64,000 bases of DNA. Source: an uncultured Chloroflexia bacterium. GTDB lineage: Bacteria > Chloroflexota > Limnocylindria > Limnocylindrales > CSP1-4. Under the pieces are notes generated by a model. It was not told where the DNA came from. It saw only the letters and a program-made list of their open reading frames with translations, and did not search any database. The position numbers were made by a program, and so were the translations under genes. Positions within the stretch are counted from its first letter, which is position 1. Every line of letters starts with the position of its first letter. The stretch covers positions 544,001-608,000 of the forward strand of contig CAVXPZ010000004.1 in the NCBI GenBank assembly GCA_963763775.1, written 5' to 3'. Shown one piece after another: positions 1-8,985 of this stretch.

Positions 1-1
1 C

Positions 2-1381
2 GCGCATGCCGCCGACGAGCGTCTGGTCAACAGCGGTCCGTTCGACGGACTGCTCGCCGACGAGGGCGGCAAGGCGATCGTGGCCAAGCTCGCCGCGGCC
101 GGGCTGGCCAGTCCCAAGGTCACCTACCGATTACGCGACTGGCTGTTCAGCCGCCAGCGCTACTGGGGCACGCCCATCCCGGTCGCGTACTGCGAGGTCG
201 ACGGCATCGTCCCGATCCCCGACGACCAGCTGCCGGTGCTGCTCCCCGAGACGGTCGACTACCGCGGCAGCGGCGACAACCCGCTGACCCGCGACGAGGC
301 GTTCCTGCACGTCGCCTGCCCGCGCTGCGGTCGAGCCGCCCGGCGCGAGACCGACACGATGGACACGTTCATCAATTCCTCGTGGTACTGGTTCCGGTAC
401 CTGTCACCGGACAAGACCGACGGCCCGTTCGACGGGGAGATGGTCGAGCGCTGGACCCCGGTCGACCAGTACACCGGCGGCGCCGAGCACGCGGTCATGC
501 ACCTGATGTACGCCCGGTTCGTCACCAAGGCGATGGCCGACCTGGGCCTCATGACCCAGCGCGAGCCATTCAAGCGGCTGTTCAACCAGGGCCAGATCCT
601 GGGCGCCGACGGCGAGCGCATGTCCAAGTCGCGAGGCAACGTCCAGGACCCCGACGAGCTGGTCGGGCGATACGGCGCCGATACCGTGCGGCTGTTCCTG
701 ATGTTCATGGGACCCTGGGACCAGGGCGGCCCGTGGAGCCCGACCGGCATCGGCGGCGTCCACCGCTTCCTGAACCGGATCTGGACGCTGGTCATCGATC
801 CCCACGGGCGCGAGCCGGGCGACCCGGATGCCGGCAGCCTGCCCGTGGGCCAGGACGAGGCCGCGGCCCGGGCGGCCTTGCGAAGCGCCACGCATCGGAC
901 GCTCCGCGACGTGACCGCCGACTACGAGGCGTTCCACTTCAACACCATGATCGCCAAGCTCATGGAGCTCGCGAACACCCTGTTCCGCTATCGCGGCACC
1001 ACGGTCGCCGGGTCCCCGGAGTGGGTCGAGGCCATCCGATCCCTGCTGCTGATGCTCGCGCCGGCGGCGCCGCACATCACCGAGGAGCTGTGGAGCCGGC
1101 TTGCCGCCGAGTCGGGCGCCGCCTGGTCGTCGATCCACCTCGAAGCCTGGCCGGTCGTCGACGCGAGCGCCACGACCGAGGCCACGCGCGAGGTGCCGGT
1201 CCAGATCAACGGCAAGCTGCGCGACAAGCTGACCGTCGCCACCGATATCGATGCCGCGGCGCTCGAGGCCCTGGTGCTCGCGAGCCCGAAGATCGCCGCG
1301 GCGCTCGCCGGCCGGGCACCCGACCGCATCATCGCGGCCGGCGGCGGGAAGCTCATCAACATCGTCCTGCGCGACGCCTGA
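2..1381 (+). CDS. leuS: Leucine--tRNA ligase, C-terminal part (5' truncated by window)
   Basis: YRLRDWLFSRQRYWGTPIP, RETDTMDTF, YTGGAEHAVMHL, RMSKS (KMSKS motif), VQINGKLR; frame open from position 2. Confidence 0.97.
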   Translation, partial: AHAADERLVNSGPFDGLLADEGGKAIVAKLAAAGLASPKVTYRLRDWLFSRQRYWGTPIPVAYCEVDGIVPIPDDQLPVLLPETVDYRGSGDNPLTRDEAFLHVACPRCGRAARRETDTMDTFINSSWYWFRYLSPDKTDGPFDGEMVERWTPVDQYTGGAEHAVMHLMYARFVTKAMADLGLMTQREPFKRLFNQGQILGADGERMSKSRGNVQDPDELVGRYGADTVRLFLMFMGPWDQGGPWSPTGIGGVHRFLNRIWTLVIDPHGREPGDPDAGSLPVGQDEAAARAALRSATHRTLRDVTADYEAFHFNTMIAKLMELANTLFRYRGTTVAGSPEWVEAIRSLLLMLAPAAPHITEELWSRLAAESGAAWSSIHLEAWPVVDASATTEATREVPVQINGKLRDKLTVATDIDAAALEALVLASPKIAAALAGRAPDRIIAAGGGKLINIVLRDA

Positions 1382-1463
1382 GCGCGCCGCACGGGGCGTC
1401 TCCAACGACCGCGTCCGGATGACGCCAGACCGCTAGGCTTTCGGCCACGATGAGCGATCCAGG

Positions 1464-3098
1464 TTGACTCGCCCAGGCCGCCGCTTCGATCCGATCCGCG
1501 TCCGGGTCGCCCCGGTCATCCTCATCGTCGTCGCCTTCGACCTGGTCCTGGTCTTCGGCAGCGCGATGTTCACCCAGCCGCCGATGACGGCCGCGCCCTG
1601 GTGGGCGACCCTGTTCTTCCAGCTGTTCGCCATCGCGACGGCGGCGGTCGGCGCGGCCGCCCTCATCGATCCGCGCCCGATCCTCCTGCGCCAGGCGCTC
1701 GGCGCCACGGCCGTCGTCTGGCTGGTCGTGCTCGTCGCCGGTGTCGTGCTCGCCGCGAACGGCGGCCACGGGTTCCTCGACTTGTGGCCCGTGTGGGCGA
1801 TCATCGTCGCGCTCGTGCTGGCGGTCTGGGTCCTGATCGGCGCCTCGACCGAGCTGTCCGAAGCGGAGGCCGAGGAGCCAGGTCTCGGCGAACTCGGGAT
1901 GGTCGTGGTCCTCGCGTCGGCGATCGTGGTCGCCGGGGGTGCAGCGGTCGTCATCGCGAACGTCGTCGCCAGTGCCGCGCGGGCGATCGGGCCGGCCGGG
2001 TTGCCGGTCCGCCTGCCGTGGGCCGCGGTGGCCGTCGTCGTCCTGCTGCCCGTCGCGACCTTCGCCGTCGCCGCCATCGATTCGCGGCGCGCCGCCGGGG
2101 GCACGTTCTACGCCCAGGCCGCGGCGAACCGGCGCAACAGCGTCCTGCTCCTGCTGACGCTCGTCGGCGTGGTCGCGGCGACCGCCGAGATCATCGCCGT
2201 CACCCTGACCTTCGATCCAGTGCCGGCACTCTGGACGGCCGGCGCGGCGGCACTCGTCGGTCTCGCCGCCGCGGCCGGAGCGAACCGGTTCGGCGCCTCC
2301 ATCATCCTCGACAGCGCCGGCGCCAAGCGAGCGGACGAGACCGGCGATCACGACCTGATCGACGTCGTCCGCGAGCTGTCGCTGGCGGCCGGGATCCCGC
2401 CACCGATGACCTATGTCATCCAGGACGGGAGCCAGAACGCCTTCGCGACCGGGCGGGACCCCGACCATGCATCACTCGTCGTGACGCGCGGTCTCCTCGA
2501 TCGCATGGACCGCGAGGAGCTGCAAGGCGTCATCGGGCACGAGCTCGGCCACGTCCGCAACCTCGATACCCGGTATGCCCTCTACGTCGCGGTGCTCGTC
2601 GGCCTCGTCGCGGTCGTCACCGACGGGTTCCTCCGGATCATCGTCGACGCCTGGCGGCATGGCGCGTTCTACTGGCGCGGCTCGGGCAAGAGTGCGGCGG
2701 GAGCGTTCGCGACGGGCATCCTCGTCGGGATCTTCCTCCTGTTCGTGGCGGCGCTGCTCCGCGTCCTGGCGCCGCTGTTCTCGGCGCTGGTCCAGGCCGC
2801 GTCCAGCCGACAACGCGAATTCCTCGCCGATGCCACATCGGTCGAGTTCACGAGAAACCCGCGGGCGCTGGAGCGTGCGCTGACGTCGATCGCGTCGGAC
2901 ACGGACACCCTGGAGGCGGCGAATCGTGGCACCCAGCACCTTTGGTTCCGCAACCCGGTCAAGGACGGCAGCGACCGTCGAGCTGGTCTGCTCTCGACAC
3001 ACCCGTCCCTGACGGCGAGGATCGACCGTCTGCGCACACTCGAGGGTCTCGCGCCGCTCGCCGCGGACGAGGCGGCGGCGACCTCCGCGGAGACCTGA
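1464..3098 (+). CDS. M48 family (HtpX-like) zinc metalloprotease with extra N-terminal transmembrane region
   Basis: NAFATG, HELGH (HExxH), SRQREFLAD, STHPS motifs; true start may be ATG 1450 with a 1-nt indel. Confidence 0.88.
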   Translation: MTRPGRRFDPIRVRVAPVILIVVAFDLVLVFGSAMFTQPPMTAAPWWATLFFQLFAIATAAVGAAALIDPRPILLRQALGATAVVWLVVLVAGVVLAANGGHGFLDLWPVWAIIVALVLAVWVLIGASTELSEAEAEEPGLGELGMVVVLASAIVVAGGAAVVIANVVASAARAIGPAGLPVRLPWAAVAVVVLLPVATFAVAAIDSRRAAGGTFYAQAAANRRNSVLLLLTLVGVVAATAEIIAVTLTFDPVPALWTAGAAALVGLAAAAGANRFGASIILDSAGAKRADETGDHDLIDVVRELSLAAGIPPPMTYVIQDGSQNAFATGRDPDHASLVVTRGLLDRMDREELQGVIGHELGHVRNLDTRYALYVAVLVGLVAVVTDGFLRIIVDAWRHGAFYWRGSGKSAAGAFATGILVGIFLLFVAALLRVLAPLFSALVQAASSRQREFLADATSVEFTRNPRALERALTSIASDTDTLEAANRGTQHLWFRNPVKDGSDRRAGLLSTHPSLTARIDRLRTLEGLAPLAADEAAATSAET

Positions 3099-3208
3099 AC
3101 GCTCCTGTACGCTCCGCTGGCCCACCCACCGACCATCGTCGTCGGGAGCGAACGGCCTGCCCGAGCGCGACGGACGCTGCTCGGCGCGTGGACAGATGGG
3201 AGATCGCG

Positions 3209-3556
3209 ATGAGCCAGGAGCCGGCGGAGGCACACCAGACGAAGGGGGTGACGGTGACGTCACTCGCCACGGTCGACCTCGGCCCGGAGATCGAGGGGAT
3301 GGCGGGCCGCCAGCTTCGGATGCGCATGGTGACCATCGAGCCGGGCGGCGTCTTCGGCCCGGTCCACGACCATGTCGGCCGACCAGGCACGGTCTACGTC
3401 CTCCAGGGCACGATCACGGACCATCGGAACGGGGTCGCGACCGAATACGGGCCGGGCGTGGGCTGGCCCGAGGATCGAGAGACGCTGCATTGGCTCGAGA
3501 ACGCGGGAGCCGTCCCGGCGGTGGAGATCTCGGTCGATATCGTCACGAACGGGTGA
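3209..3556 (+). CDS. Cupin domain protein
   Basis: MRMVTIEPGG..HDH..PGTVYVLQG and HWLEN cupin motifs; GGGAG upstream of ATG 3209. Confidence 0.85.
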   Translation: MSQEPAEAHQTKGVTVTSLATVDLGPEIEGMAGRQLRMRMVTIEPGGVFGPVHDHVGRPGTVYVLQGTITDHRNGVATEYGPGVGWPEDRETLHWLENAGAVPAVEISVDIVTNG

Positions 3557-3582
3557 CCTTCCTTGAACATACGGAGCGTGAC

Positions 3583-4521
3583 GTGAGCGACATCCAATTC
3601 GGCGCACTCTGCTGGAACCAGTACACCGACTGGCCCGACCTCCTCGCGGCGGGCGTCCGGGCCGACCAGCTCGGCTACGACACCCTGTGGACGTGGGACC
3701 ACCTGTACCCGATCGTCGGCAGCCACGAGGGGCCGATCTTCGAGGGCTGGCTGACGCTCGCCGCGTGGGCGCAGGCCACCGAACGCGTCCGAATCGGGTT
3801 GATGGTCGGGGCCAACACGTTCCGCGAGCCGACCCTCACCGCGAAGCTCGCCACGACGCTCGACCACATCTCCGGCGGCCGGGCGATCCTGGGCATCGGC
3901 GGGGCATGGTTCGAGACCGAGCACCGCGCCTACGGGCTCGACTTCGGCGACGGGTTCCCCGAGCGACTGCGCTGGCTCGGCGAGGCCCTGCCGGTCATGC
4001 GCGGCATGCTCCACGGCGAACGGCCGACCGCCGCCGGACCGCGCTACCGCGCGGCGGGCGTCCGCAACGACCCGCCGCCGGTCCAGGAGCGCTTGCCGCT
4101 GCTCATCGGCGGCGGCGGCGAGCAGGTCACGCTCAAGCTCGTGGCGCGCTATGGCGACGCGAATAACGTCGGCGGCGGGCTCGAGAACGTGAAGCGCAAG
4201 GAGGCCATCCTCGTCCAGCACTGCGAGACCGTCGGGCGCGACCCGTCGGAGATCGAGCGGACGACGGGCCTCGGGAGCGTGATCATCCGCGACTCGCGCG
4301 AGGAGGCGACTCGCGTCCAGCGGGCGATCTTCGCCGCCAACGGCGGCGCCGAGGTCTGGTCCGACCAGCCCGTCGGGACGCCCGAGGACGTTGCGGAGCG
4401 GATCGCGCCGTTCCTCGAGATCGGCTACCGCCACCTCATCGCCGGCTTCCCGTCCCCCTACGACGAGGAGTCGATGACCCGGCTCGTGACCGAGGTCCGG
4501 CCGATGCTCGAGGGCCGCTAG
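3583..4521 (+). CDS. LLM-class (luciferase-like, possibly F420-dependent) oxidoreductase
   Basis: GYDTLWTWDHL, EGWLTLAA, TLDHISGGRAILGIGGAW, LLIGGGGE; GGAG then GTG 3583. Confidence 0.9.
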   Translation: MSDIQFGALCWNQYTDWPDLLAAGVRADQLGYDTLWTWDHLYPIVGSHEGPIFEGWLTLAAWAQATERVRIGLMVGANTFREPTLTAKLATTLDHISGGRAILGIGGAWFETEHRAYGLDFGDGFPERLRWLGEALPVMRGMLHGERPTAAGPRYRAAGVRNDPPPVQERLPLLIGGGGEQVTLKLVARYGDANNVGGGLENVKRKEAILVQHCETVGRDPSEIERTTGLGSVIIRDSREEATRVQRAIFAANGGAEVWSDQPVGTPEDVAERIAPFLEIGYRHLIAGFPSPYDEESMTRLVTEVRPMLEGR

Positions 4522-4540
4522 CAGGCCTCGGTCCGCCGGT

Positions 4541-5194
4541 CTACGCGATCGAGGCGGCGTCCTCGGCGGCATCCTTCGCCCGGGCGCGGTGGCGCGCCTG
4601 CTTGGCGCGGTTGCCGCAGGTCGCCATGTCGCACCAGCGACGCCGGCCCGTGCGGGAGGTGTCGTAGAAGACCCAGCGGCAGGTGTCGTTGGCGCAGATC
4701 CGGATCCGCTCGGGGTTCCCGCCCGTCAGCTCGGTGACGAGCGCCTCCGAGAGCCGCGCCAGGGCGTCGTCGACGGGGTCGCCCACATGTCGATGGTCGA
4801 CGTGGACGCCGTCCGGCGCCGAGACGAGCTCGATGACCTGGCGGGCGTGGAGCGCGCGGTTGACCTCGGTCAGCGACGCCTTGCGGGGCACGCGGTGCTC
4901 GGCGACCGCGTCGGCGACCTCGCGAAGCGCCTTGCGGACCCCGCGGATCCGGTCGAGATGGCGCTCGGCGGTCTGCGGGTCCGCGGCGCCTTCGTCGCGG
5001 ATCCGGTCGGCACCTTCGAGGTGCATGAGGCCGCGGTCCGCGAACCACGTGAGCGCGACGTCGATGGTCGGAAAGCCCTCGACGGGGAAACCATCGTCGT
5101 ACTCGAGGGAGTTCAGGAAGTCGAAGGTCGTTTCGACGCTGACGTCGTGCGCGTGGCCTCGGTCGACCGGATGGATCGTTGGAAGAGTCGTCAT
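4541..5194 (-). CDS. CGNR zinc finger / ABATE domain protein (putative regulator)
   Basis: N-terminal FDFLNS and C-terminal C-x4-C...FYDTSR..RRWCDMATCGNRAK. Confidence 0.93.
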   Translation of the reverse strand: MTTLPTIHPVDRGHAHDVSVETTFDFLNSLEYDDGFPVEGFPTIDVALTWFADRGLMHLEGADRIRDEGAADPQTAERHLDRIRGVRKALREVADAVAEHRVPRKASLTEVNRALHARQVIELVSAPDGVHVDHRHVGDPVDDALARLSEALVTELTGGNPERIRICANDTCRWVFYDTSRTGRRRWCDMATCGNRAKQARHRARAKDAAEDAASIA

Positions 5195-5197
5195 GGT

Positions 5198-5227
5198 GTA
5201 ACCACTCTAGACCTATTGACAGGTTAC
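5198..5227. promoter_or_regulatory. Operator-like inverted repeat GTAACC-N18-GGTTAC, box 1
   Basis: GTAACC 5198-5203, GGTTAC 5222-5227; overlaps the -35 of the rightward promoter. Confidence 0.75.
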
Positions 5228-5244
5228 GCGCAAGCCGCTACATT
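5216..5244 (+). promoter_or_regulatory. Sigma70-type promoter TTGACA-N17-TACATT
   Basis: Consensus -35 at 5216-5221, -10 TACATT at 5239-5244, upstream of AGGAGG and ATG 5303. Confidence 0.85.
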
Positions 5245-5248
5245 GTGC

Positions 5249-5278
5249 GTAACCGGTAAAGACTTCTGAATCGGTTAC
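5249..5278. promoter_or_regulatory. Operator-like inverted repeat GTAACC-N18-GGTTAC, box 2
   Basis: GTAACC 5249-5254, GGTTAC 5273-5278; same spacing as box 1, at the predicted TSS. Confidence 0.75.
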
Positions 5279-5302
5279 ATCTCAGCCGCAAGGAGGCCCC
5301 AC

Positions 5303-5419
5303 ATGGAAGCCATCGCCCTGGTCCTGAGCCTCTTCGCCGGGGTCCTCGTCATCGACATCGCCGCCGTGATCTGGGGCGTCGATTCCCGCGAGTCGATGAT
5401 CGACGACCGTCGCCGCTGA
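5303..5419 (+). CDS. 38-aa single-TM small protein (MEAIALVLSLFAGVLVIDIAAVIWGVDSRESMIDDRRR)
   Basis: AGGAGG RBS at 5291-5296, consensus promoter, GC3-rich codons; below the ORF-track cutoff. Confidence 0.8.
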   Translation: MEAIALVLSLFAGVLVIDIAAVIWGVDSRESMIDDRRR

Positions 5420-5443
5420 ACGTCCCGAAGGAGTCCTCCACTC

Positions 5444-5677
5444 ATGCTGCACTACACCTTCATCGCGCTCGATCTGGCGAACGAGCGCGCCCATGAAGCC
5501 GACCGACATCGACTCGCCGCCGAGGCCCGCAGCGGCCGCCCGCACCGGCCGTCGTGGCCCCGCCGCGGTCTCGCCCACGGGTTCGCCCTGCTCAGCCGCG
5601 GGTCGGCGTCGGTCACTCGCCGCCTCGACGACTGCGTCGCCGACGACCTCGGCCGCCGACTCGCCCCGACCGAGTAG
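5444..5677 (+). CDS. 77-aa hypothetical small protein
   Basis: GAAGGAG RBS upstream; follows the 38-aa ORF in the same unit. Confidence 0.75.
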   Translation: MLHYTFIALDLANERAHEADRHRLAAEARSGRPHRPSWPRRGLAHGFALLSRGSASVTRRLDDCVADDLGRRLAPTE

Positions 5678-5700
5678 GCTTGTGCGCCACGGAGGTGGCG

Positions 5701-6105
5701 ATGACGAACGGCACGGCCGCGGTCTCCTGGGGAGCCGGCCACATCGATCTCTTCTCGGTGGACGACGCACGAGCGCTCGTCCACCGTTCGTTTTCCGGCG
5801 GCACCTGGAGCGAGCCGGTGTCGCTCGGCGGGACGCTCGCCTCGCCACCGGCGGCGACCGCGTGGGCCGTCGGCCAGCTCCAGGTCTTCGCGATCTTCGA
5901 CGACGGCGAACTCTGGAACCGCTATTGGGACGGCACCTCGTGGCACCCCTGGGAGTCGCTGGGGGGCCGATTGACGGGCTCGCCGGCCGCGTCCTCCTGG
6001 GGCGCCGACCGCATCGACGTGTGGGCGCCGGGACAGGACGGCACCATCTGGCATCGGTGGTGGGACGGGAGCCGCTGGGTCGAGTGGGAGCAGCTGGCGC
6101 CTTGA
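5701..6105 (+). CDS. Trp-rich beta-propeller repeat protein (PLL/fucose-lectin-like, three blades)
   Basis: Three repeats SWG..xDxF/W....DG.LW.R.WDG..W..WE.LGG; GGAGG RBS before ATG 5701. Confidence 0.75.
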   Translation: MTNGTAAVSWGAGHIDLFSVDDARALVHRSFSGGTWSEPVSLGGTLASPPAATAWAVGQLQVFAIFDDGELWNRYWDGTSWHPWESLGGRLTGSPAASSWGADRIDVWAPGQDGTIWHRWWDGSRWVEWEQLAP

Positions 6106-6112
6106 TCTGCCG

Positions 6113-6629
6113 ATGAAGCGCGCGGCGCCGATCCTCGTCGTCCTCCTCTTGGCGCCACTCCTGGCGGCGGGCTGCACGCGCTTCGGTCCGCAGTGTGCCC
6201 TGACGATCGCCGCGATCCCGACGGGGTCCGGCGCGGTGGAGGGGCAGCGGCTGCCGTCGAACTCGGTGATCCTGGCGTCGCCCGCGGACTTCGATCCCGA
6301 AGCACGCGTCGTGGGGCCAGGGCCCGGATGGGGCGCCGACGATCAGCGTCCAGATGTGGCCCGACGCCACGGCGAGCGTCGCCGCCTACACGAGCGACAA
6401 CATCGGCGTGCCACTCGCGGTCGCGATCAACAAGACGATCTTCACGGTCGCGCCGATCACCGCGCCGATCACGGACGGGGCGATGACGATCGTCCCGGAG
6501 GACGCTGACCAAGCGATCCGGCTGCCGACGCTCTTCGAAGGGTGCGTCTCGCACCCGTATCTGCCGTCCGCGTCGCCGTCGCCGGGGTCGTCAGCAGCGC
6601 CGGTGGCGTCGCCGGCCGCCTCGAGATGA
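6113..6629 (+). CDS. Lipoprotein with SecDF P1-head-like domain (frameshift near 6313-6316)
   Basis: Lipobox LAAGC; removing one G joins to ...NIGVPLAVAINKTIFTVAPITAPITDGAMTI. Confidence 0.6.
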
Positions 6630-6645
6630 GCGGCCTGGGCGACCG

Positions 6646-7041
6646 CTAGGCGTGAGGCCGCCGGGCGACGGCGGCGTCGACGCGAGCCCGGACGTCCGGG
6701 AACGTGGCCATCACGCGCCCGAACTCGAAGGTGCCCAGCTCGACGAGATCGCAGTCCGTGGCGCAGATCGCGGTCGCCGTGCGGTCGCCGCCCTCCACGA
6801 GGGCGATCTCGCCGAGGAACCCGCCGTCCGACATCGAGCCGACGAAGCGACCCTGTCGCTGGATGTGGATCGTCCCGGTGACGATGACGTAGAAGGCGTC
6901 GGCAGGCTCGCCTTCGCGGACGAGCACCGTGTCGGCCGGGAACGAGACGATCCGAGCCAAGGCCCCCACCGCCTCCATGCTCCGCGGGTCCAGCTTGGCG
7001 AAGATCGGAAGGCGGGCCAGGATGTCGGTCTTCTGGTCCAT
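6646..7041 (-). CDS. Stand-alone cyclic nucleotide-binding domain protein
   Basis: LVREGEPADAFYVI..G, GGFLGEIAL, RTATA. Confidence 0.9.
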   Translation of the reverse strand: MDQKTDILARLPIFAKLDPRSMEAVGALARIVSFPADTVLVREGEPADAFYVIVTGTIHIQRQGRFVGSMSDGGFLGEIALVEGGDRTATAICATDCDLVELGTFEFGRVMATFPDVRARVDAAVARRPHA

Positions 7042-7056
7042 GACCTGAGGATAGCG

Positions 7057-8808
7057 TCAGGTGGTGGCGGCCGCCCGGTCGAGGTTCGCCTGCGCCATCC
7101 GCTCCGTGACGGCCGCAGCGGCCGGGCCGGCGACCGCGGCGAGGAACGTCGTCGAGTCGACGGTGTAGCCCGTCACGTCCGTCAGCGCGACCACGGTCGC
7201 GGTCCGCGCGGTCCGACGCAGCAGCGCGATCTCCCCGACCCCCGCACCCGGCCCAAGCCGATGGACGGGCTGCCCGTCGACGAGCACCTCGACCTCGCCG
7301 GCCTCGATCACCACGAACCGGTCGCCGGGCTCGCCCTGCGTCATCAGCGCCGTCCCCTCTCGGCTCTGGAACGGCACCAGACCTTCCACGAGGCGCTCGA
7401 CCGCGGTGAGGGGCATCTCGGCGAAGGCCGGCACACGCCGAAGCAAGTCGACCAGGCGCTCGTCGACGACCGTGACCTGCTCGGTGTGCCCGATGCGCGA
7501 CTGCAGCACCAGGGCGAGGACCGGAAGGATGGCACCGCCGGCGATCAGGGCCCCGCGCGTCCCGAGGACGAACAGGAGGACCGGGGCGAGGAGGCTGCCG
7601 GACACGGCACCCACCGCGATGATCGCCTCGAGCACCGACAGGACGGGGGCTCGCTCGTCGTTCGACGAGGCGCGCTGGAAGATCGTGAAGAGCGCGACGT
7701 CGTAGGTCGCGTTGGCCACCCCGATCACGACCATCGCCATCAGGGCGACGACATCGACGGGCAGGATGCCGACGACGGCGATCGGCAGGCCCCAGAAGGC
7801 GAGCGCGACGATCATCGTCCTGACGAGGCGCTCGGACCGCACCGACGACATCGCGAAGATCGCGCCGACGAGCCCGCCGAGGCCGAGAGCGGCCCCGAGC
7901 AGCCCGAGCCCCGACTGCCCCATGCCGAGGAGCTCGATCGAGGCGACCACCAATAGCGCGTTGAGCAGCCCGCGGGTCAGGACCTGGCCATAGGTGCCGA
8001 GCATCGACCAGGCGAGCAGGCGTCGCCGGCGGATCACCCGGATCCCGTCCATCAGGCGGAACCCGCCGTCCGCGTGCCCCGAACCTGAGGACGCGTCCGA
8101 CGCCTGCTCGAACCGCAGTCCCGCGGCGATCACCGCCGTGATGAGGAAGACGAGCGCCGCCACCGCGGCCACCGAGGACGGCATCCCGAGCGCCATGAGG
8201 ATCCCGGCGACGAATGGCCCGACGAACGCCCCGAGCCCCTCGCCCGTGCTCCAGGCCGTGTTGGCGGCGACGAGCTCGCCGGGACTGCGGGCGATCGCCG
8301 GCATCAGGGTCACCTGCGTCGGCCGGACGGGGGCGCTCGCCGCCGCCGCGATCGCCGCGAGGACGAAGAGCATGAGGAGGGTGAACTCGTGGTCGCTCTT
8401 GGTGTGGCCGGCCGTGGCGATCACGAACGCCGTCAACCCGGCACTCGCCGCGCGGATCAGTCCGAGCGCGACGAGGATCCGGTCGCCGCGGAACCGCGCG
8501 AGCATCGTGCCCGTGAGCATGCCCGCGACGACGGCCGGGACCATGCGGATCGCCCCGAGCAGCGCGGCCGCGACGACCCCGCCCACGTTGAACACCGCGA
8601 CCAGCGTGACCACCACGAGCGCCGTGTCGGCCGCGATCCCCAGCGTCCACGAGATCCCGAGCCGCCGGATCCCGTCGTTCGCGAGGGCCTGGCGCAGGGC
8701 CGAGATCGTGCTGCGGATCGCCTGTCGCGCCTTGGGCGGCCGCAGGGACCGGGTGCGAGCGGGGGCTGGCGGCGGGGGCTCGATCCGGGCGTTCTCGCCG
8801 TCTGACAT
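7057..8808 (-). CDS. MFS transporter fused to a C-terminal cNMP-binding domain
   Basis: About 12 hydrophobic segments, then QGEPGDRFVVI..G, GEIALL..RTATV. Confidence 0.88.
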   Translation of the reverse strand: MSDGENARIEPPPPAPARTRSLRPPKARQAIRSTISALRQALANDGIRRLGISWTLGIAADTALVVVTLVAVFNVGGVVAAALLGAIRMVPAVVAGMLTGTMLARFRGDRILVALGLIRAASAGLTAFVIATAGHTKSDHEFTLLMLFVLAAIAAAASAPVRPTQVTLMPAIARSPGELVAANTAWSTGEGLGAFVGPFVAGILMALGMPSSVAAVAALVFLITAVIAAGLRFEQASDASSGSGHADGGFRLMDGIRVIRRRRLLAWSMLGTYGQVLTRGLLNALLVVASIELLGMGQSGLGLLGAALGLGGLVGAIFAMSSVRSERLVRTMIVALAFWGLPIAVVGILPVDVVALMAMVVIGVANATYDVALFTIFQRASSNDERAPVLSVLEAIIAVGAVSGSLLAPVLLFVLGTRGALIAGGAILPVLALVLQSRIGHTEQVTVVDERLVDLLRRVPAFAEMPLTAVERLVEGLVPFQSREGTALMTQGEPGDRFVVIEAGEVEVLVDGQPVHRLGPGAGVGEIALLRRTARTATVVALTDVTGYTVDSTTFLAAVAGPAAAAVTERMAQANLDRAAATT

Positions 8809-8924
8809 GCGACCTCGGCTCGGGGCTTGGCGGGCACGGCCCACGCTTGGCGCCGAAGCGTACCGCCACGGTGTCTCACGCGAGAGGTCGTCAGGCGATC
8901 GCGGCGGTCCATCCGGGTCGATAC

Positions 8925-8965
8925 GTCGCAGCGAAGCGTCGGTCGGTAGGGTTCGGATCGACGTC
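8925..8965 (+). repeat. Direct repeat copy 1 (41 bp, last 21 bp identical to copy 2)
   Basis: GTCGCAGcgAAGCGtcggtcGGTAGGGTTCGGATCGACGTC. Confidence 0.85.
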
Positions 8966-8985
8966 CCGAGGATCGGACCACGCGG

